Positions 62,728 through 64,000 of a stretch of DNA of 64,000 nt are shown piece after piece. The stretch spans positions 95,320,688 through 95,384,687 of the forward strand of contig NC_068982.1 in the NCBI RefSeq assembly GCF_001194135.2, in the 5' to 3' direction. Source of the DNA: Octopus bimaculoides. Its lineage: Eukaryota. A program made the position numbers and the translations under genes. Within the stretch, counting starts at the first letter, position 1. The number at the start of each line of letters is the position of its first letter. Under the pieces are notes generated by a model that worked only from the letters and a program-made list of their open reading frames with translations, was not told where the DNA came from and did not search any database.

Positions 62728-63179
62728 TGGACGAAGTCCATCCTTTATTGACTAGTTAGAAAATTATATAGGAGAGCAAATTATTATATTTTTCTGTATG
62801 GAAATGGTAGAGATGGTTAGTTGGGATAAAGACAAAATATGATTGAAGAGGTTCTTGTTTCAAAAGTATTTCTGTCATCTTTGTGATCGATGTAAAACTG
62901 AAGGTGGTTGGTCAAAATTTGGTAAGATCAAAGAGGTTAGATGGAATTGAAACATTGTGTAAAATGCAAAACTAGGTACAAGAATGAAACACGTTTTGGG
63001 CAATTTCTGTTTCAAAGGAAATTAGCTAATATTGTCAGAACTATATGCGTTTTCATAACTAAATATGTTGACATTATTCTTCAATGTAAATGTCAGAGAA
63101 TATTTCTTTCCTTCTCAGTTAATTAAAAATGGTATTAACGAGTTTTTCAAATTGGAAATATGAAAAAAAATTTTTAAAA

Positions 63180-63450
63180 AACAATATTTTTTACCCAAAT
63201 ATTATTTTTTATCATGTTTTCTCCTTTCTGTGTACTTTACTTCAATTTTCTCAATTCAATGTTCCCTTTTTATTATTTATATCTTGATATTTCGGTGGAC
63301 TCATTTTATTTTCAGGATTTCTTCTATATTTTCGTTGAACTTTATAAATTCTATCCATCCTTTCCTATCTTTCGTTTTCATTTCTTTTTTTATTCTATCC
63401 TATCTTTCTTCTTTTCTTTTTACACTCTATCCAGTTTAGTCAATATTTAA
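63180..63450. repeat. T-rich low-complexity tract
   Basis: Read directly. Confidence 0.7.
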
Positions 63451-63544
63451 ATATTCTGTGCGAACATAGTCCGTGTGGAAAGAGTCTTTCACAAGTCGTC
63501 TTATGTTCTATTCATCATGAACAATTAAGCTAACGAAGTTACGG

Positions 63545-63760
63545 ATGTCAGAAATGATGGTGATGATGTTGATGAAGAGGAGGGGTGAAGGGTTAGTTGT
63601 GTGGTGTTGGTGGAGACAGTGCCGGTGGTGGTGGTTGTGGTGGTGGTAGTGGTGCTGGTGTTAGTAGTGCTGCTGGTAACGGCTTAGATGATAGCTGTGC
63701 TGTTATCATTTACTGCTATTGCTGTTTCTACTGCTGATACTGCCATCTCTGTTAATTGTG
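63545..63760. repeat. Degenerate GGT/GAT/GCT trinucleotide tract
   Basis: Read directly. Confidence 0.75.
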
Positions 63761-64000
63761 ATAATGAGGAAGTATAAGTCAAAAAGTACATTGATGTAAT
63801 ACAACAGTAATGAAGTCATCGGCAACAGCCAGAAGATTACACGATTATGATTAGTAGTGGCAAATAGAAGTACGCATACACATATATACATGCATGCAGA
63901 TATACATTCACAAAGACACATAGAAATGCATGAGTGTATTTTCAAACACAAACACATACATATATATGATATAAATATCATATATATATATATATATATA

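Overview
Eukaryotic, AT-rich, repeat-dense genomic DNA with six assembly gaps (Ns), mostly flanked by (TA)n. The tRNA-derived SINE families and microsatellite load look like an octopod cephalopod (Octopus-like) genome; this is recognition from memory, not a database result. I cannot identify any intact host protein-coding gene, rRNA, CRISPR array or prokaryotic system. Most ORFs in the track are microsatellite, gap or antisense artefacts. What the sequence supports is a set of decayed mobile elements: a HERO-like RLE LINE, five R4/Dong-like RLE LINE pieces, two further RLE 3' ends, a Tx1/L1-like piece, a CR1-like piece, two Penelope-like elements, a hAT (SPIN/Charlie-like) transposase relic, an internally deleted mariner, a Tigger-like MITE and many SINEs. 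The most interesting observations are: (1) a tandem pair of ~120-nt long hairpins with a Pol III B-box in the loop (46.9-47.2 kb); (2) a 153-bp palindrome holding two head-to-head minimal hammerhead ribozymes at the end of a Penelope element (40.4-40.6 kb), plus three more hammerhead-like relics; (3) all three long (GAA)n tracts abut the truncated 5' end of an R4/Dong element; (4) two RLE 3' ends truncated at the same codon next to (CATA)n; (5) a compound DR2+DR5 nuclear-receptor motif and a 9x CACGTG minisatellite. None is demonstrated to be a new system; all are candidates for checking.
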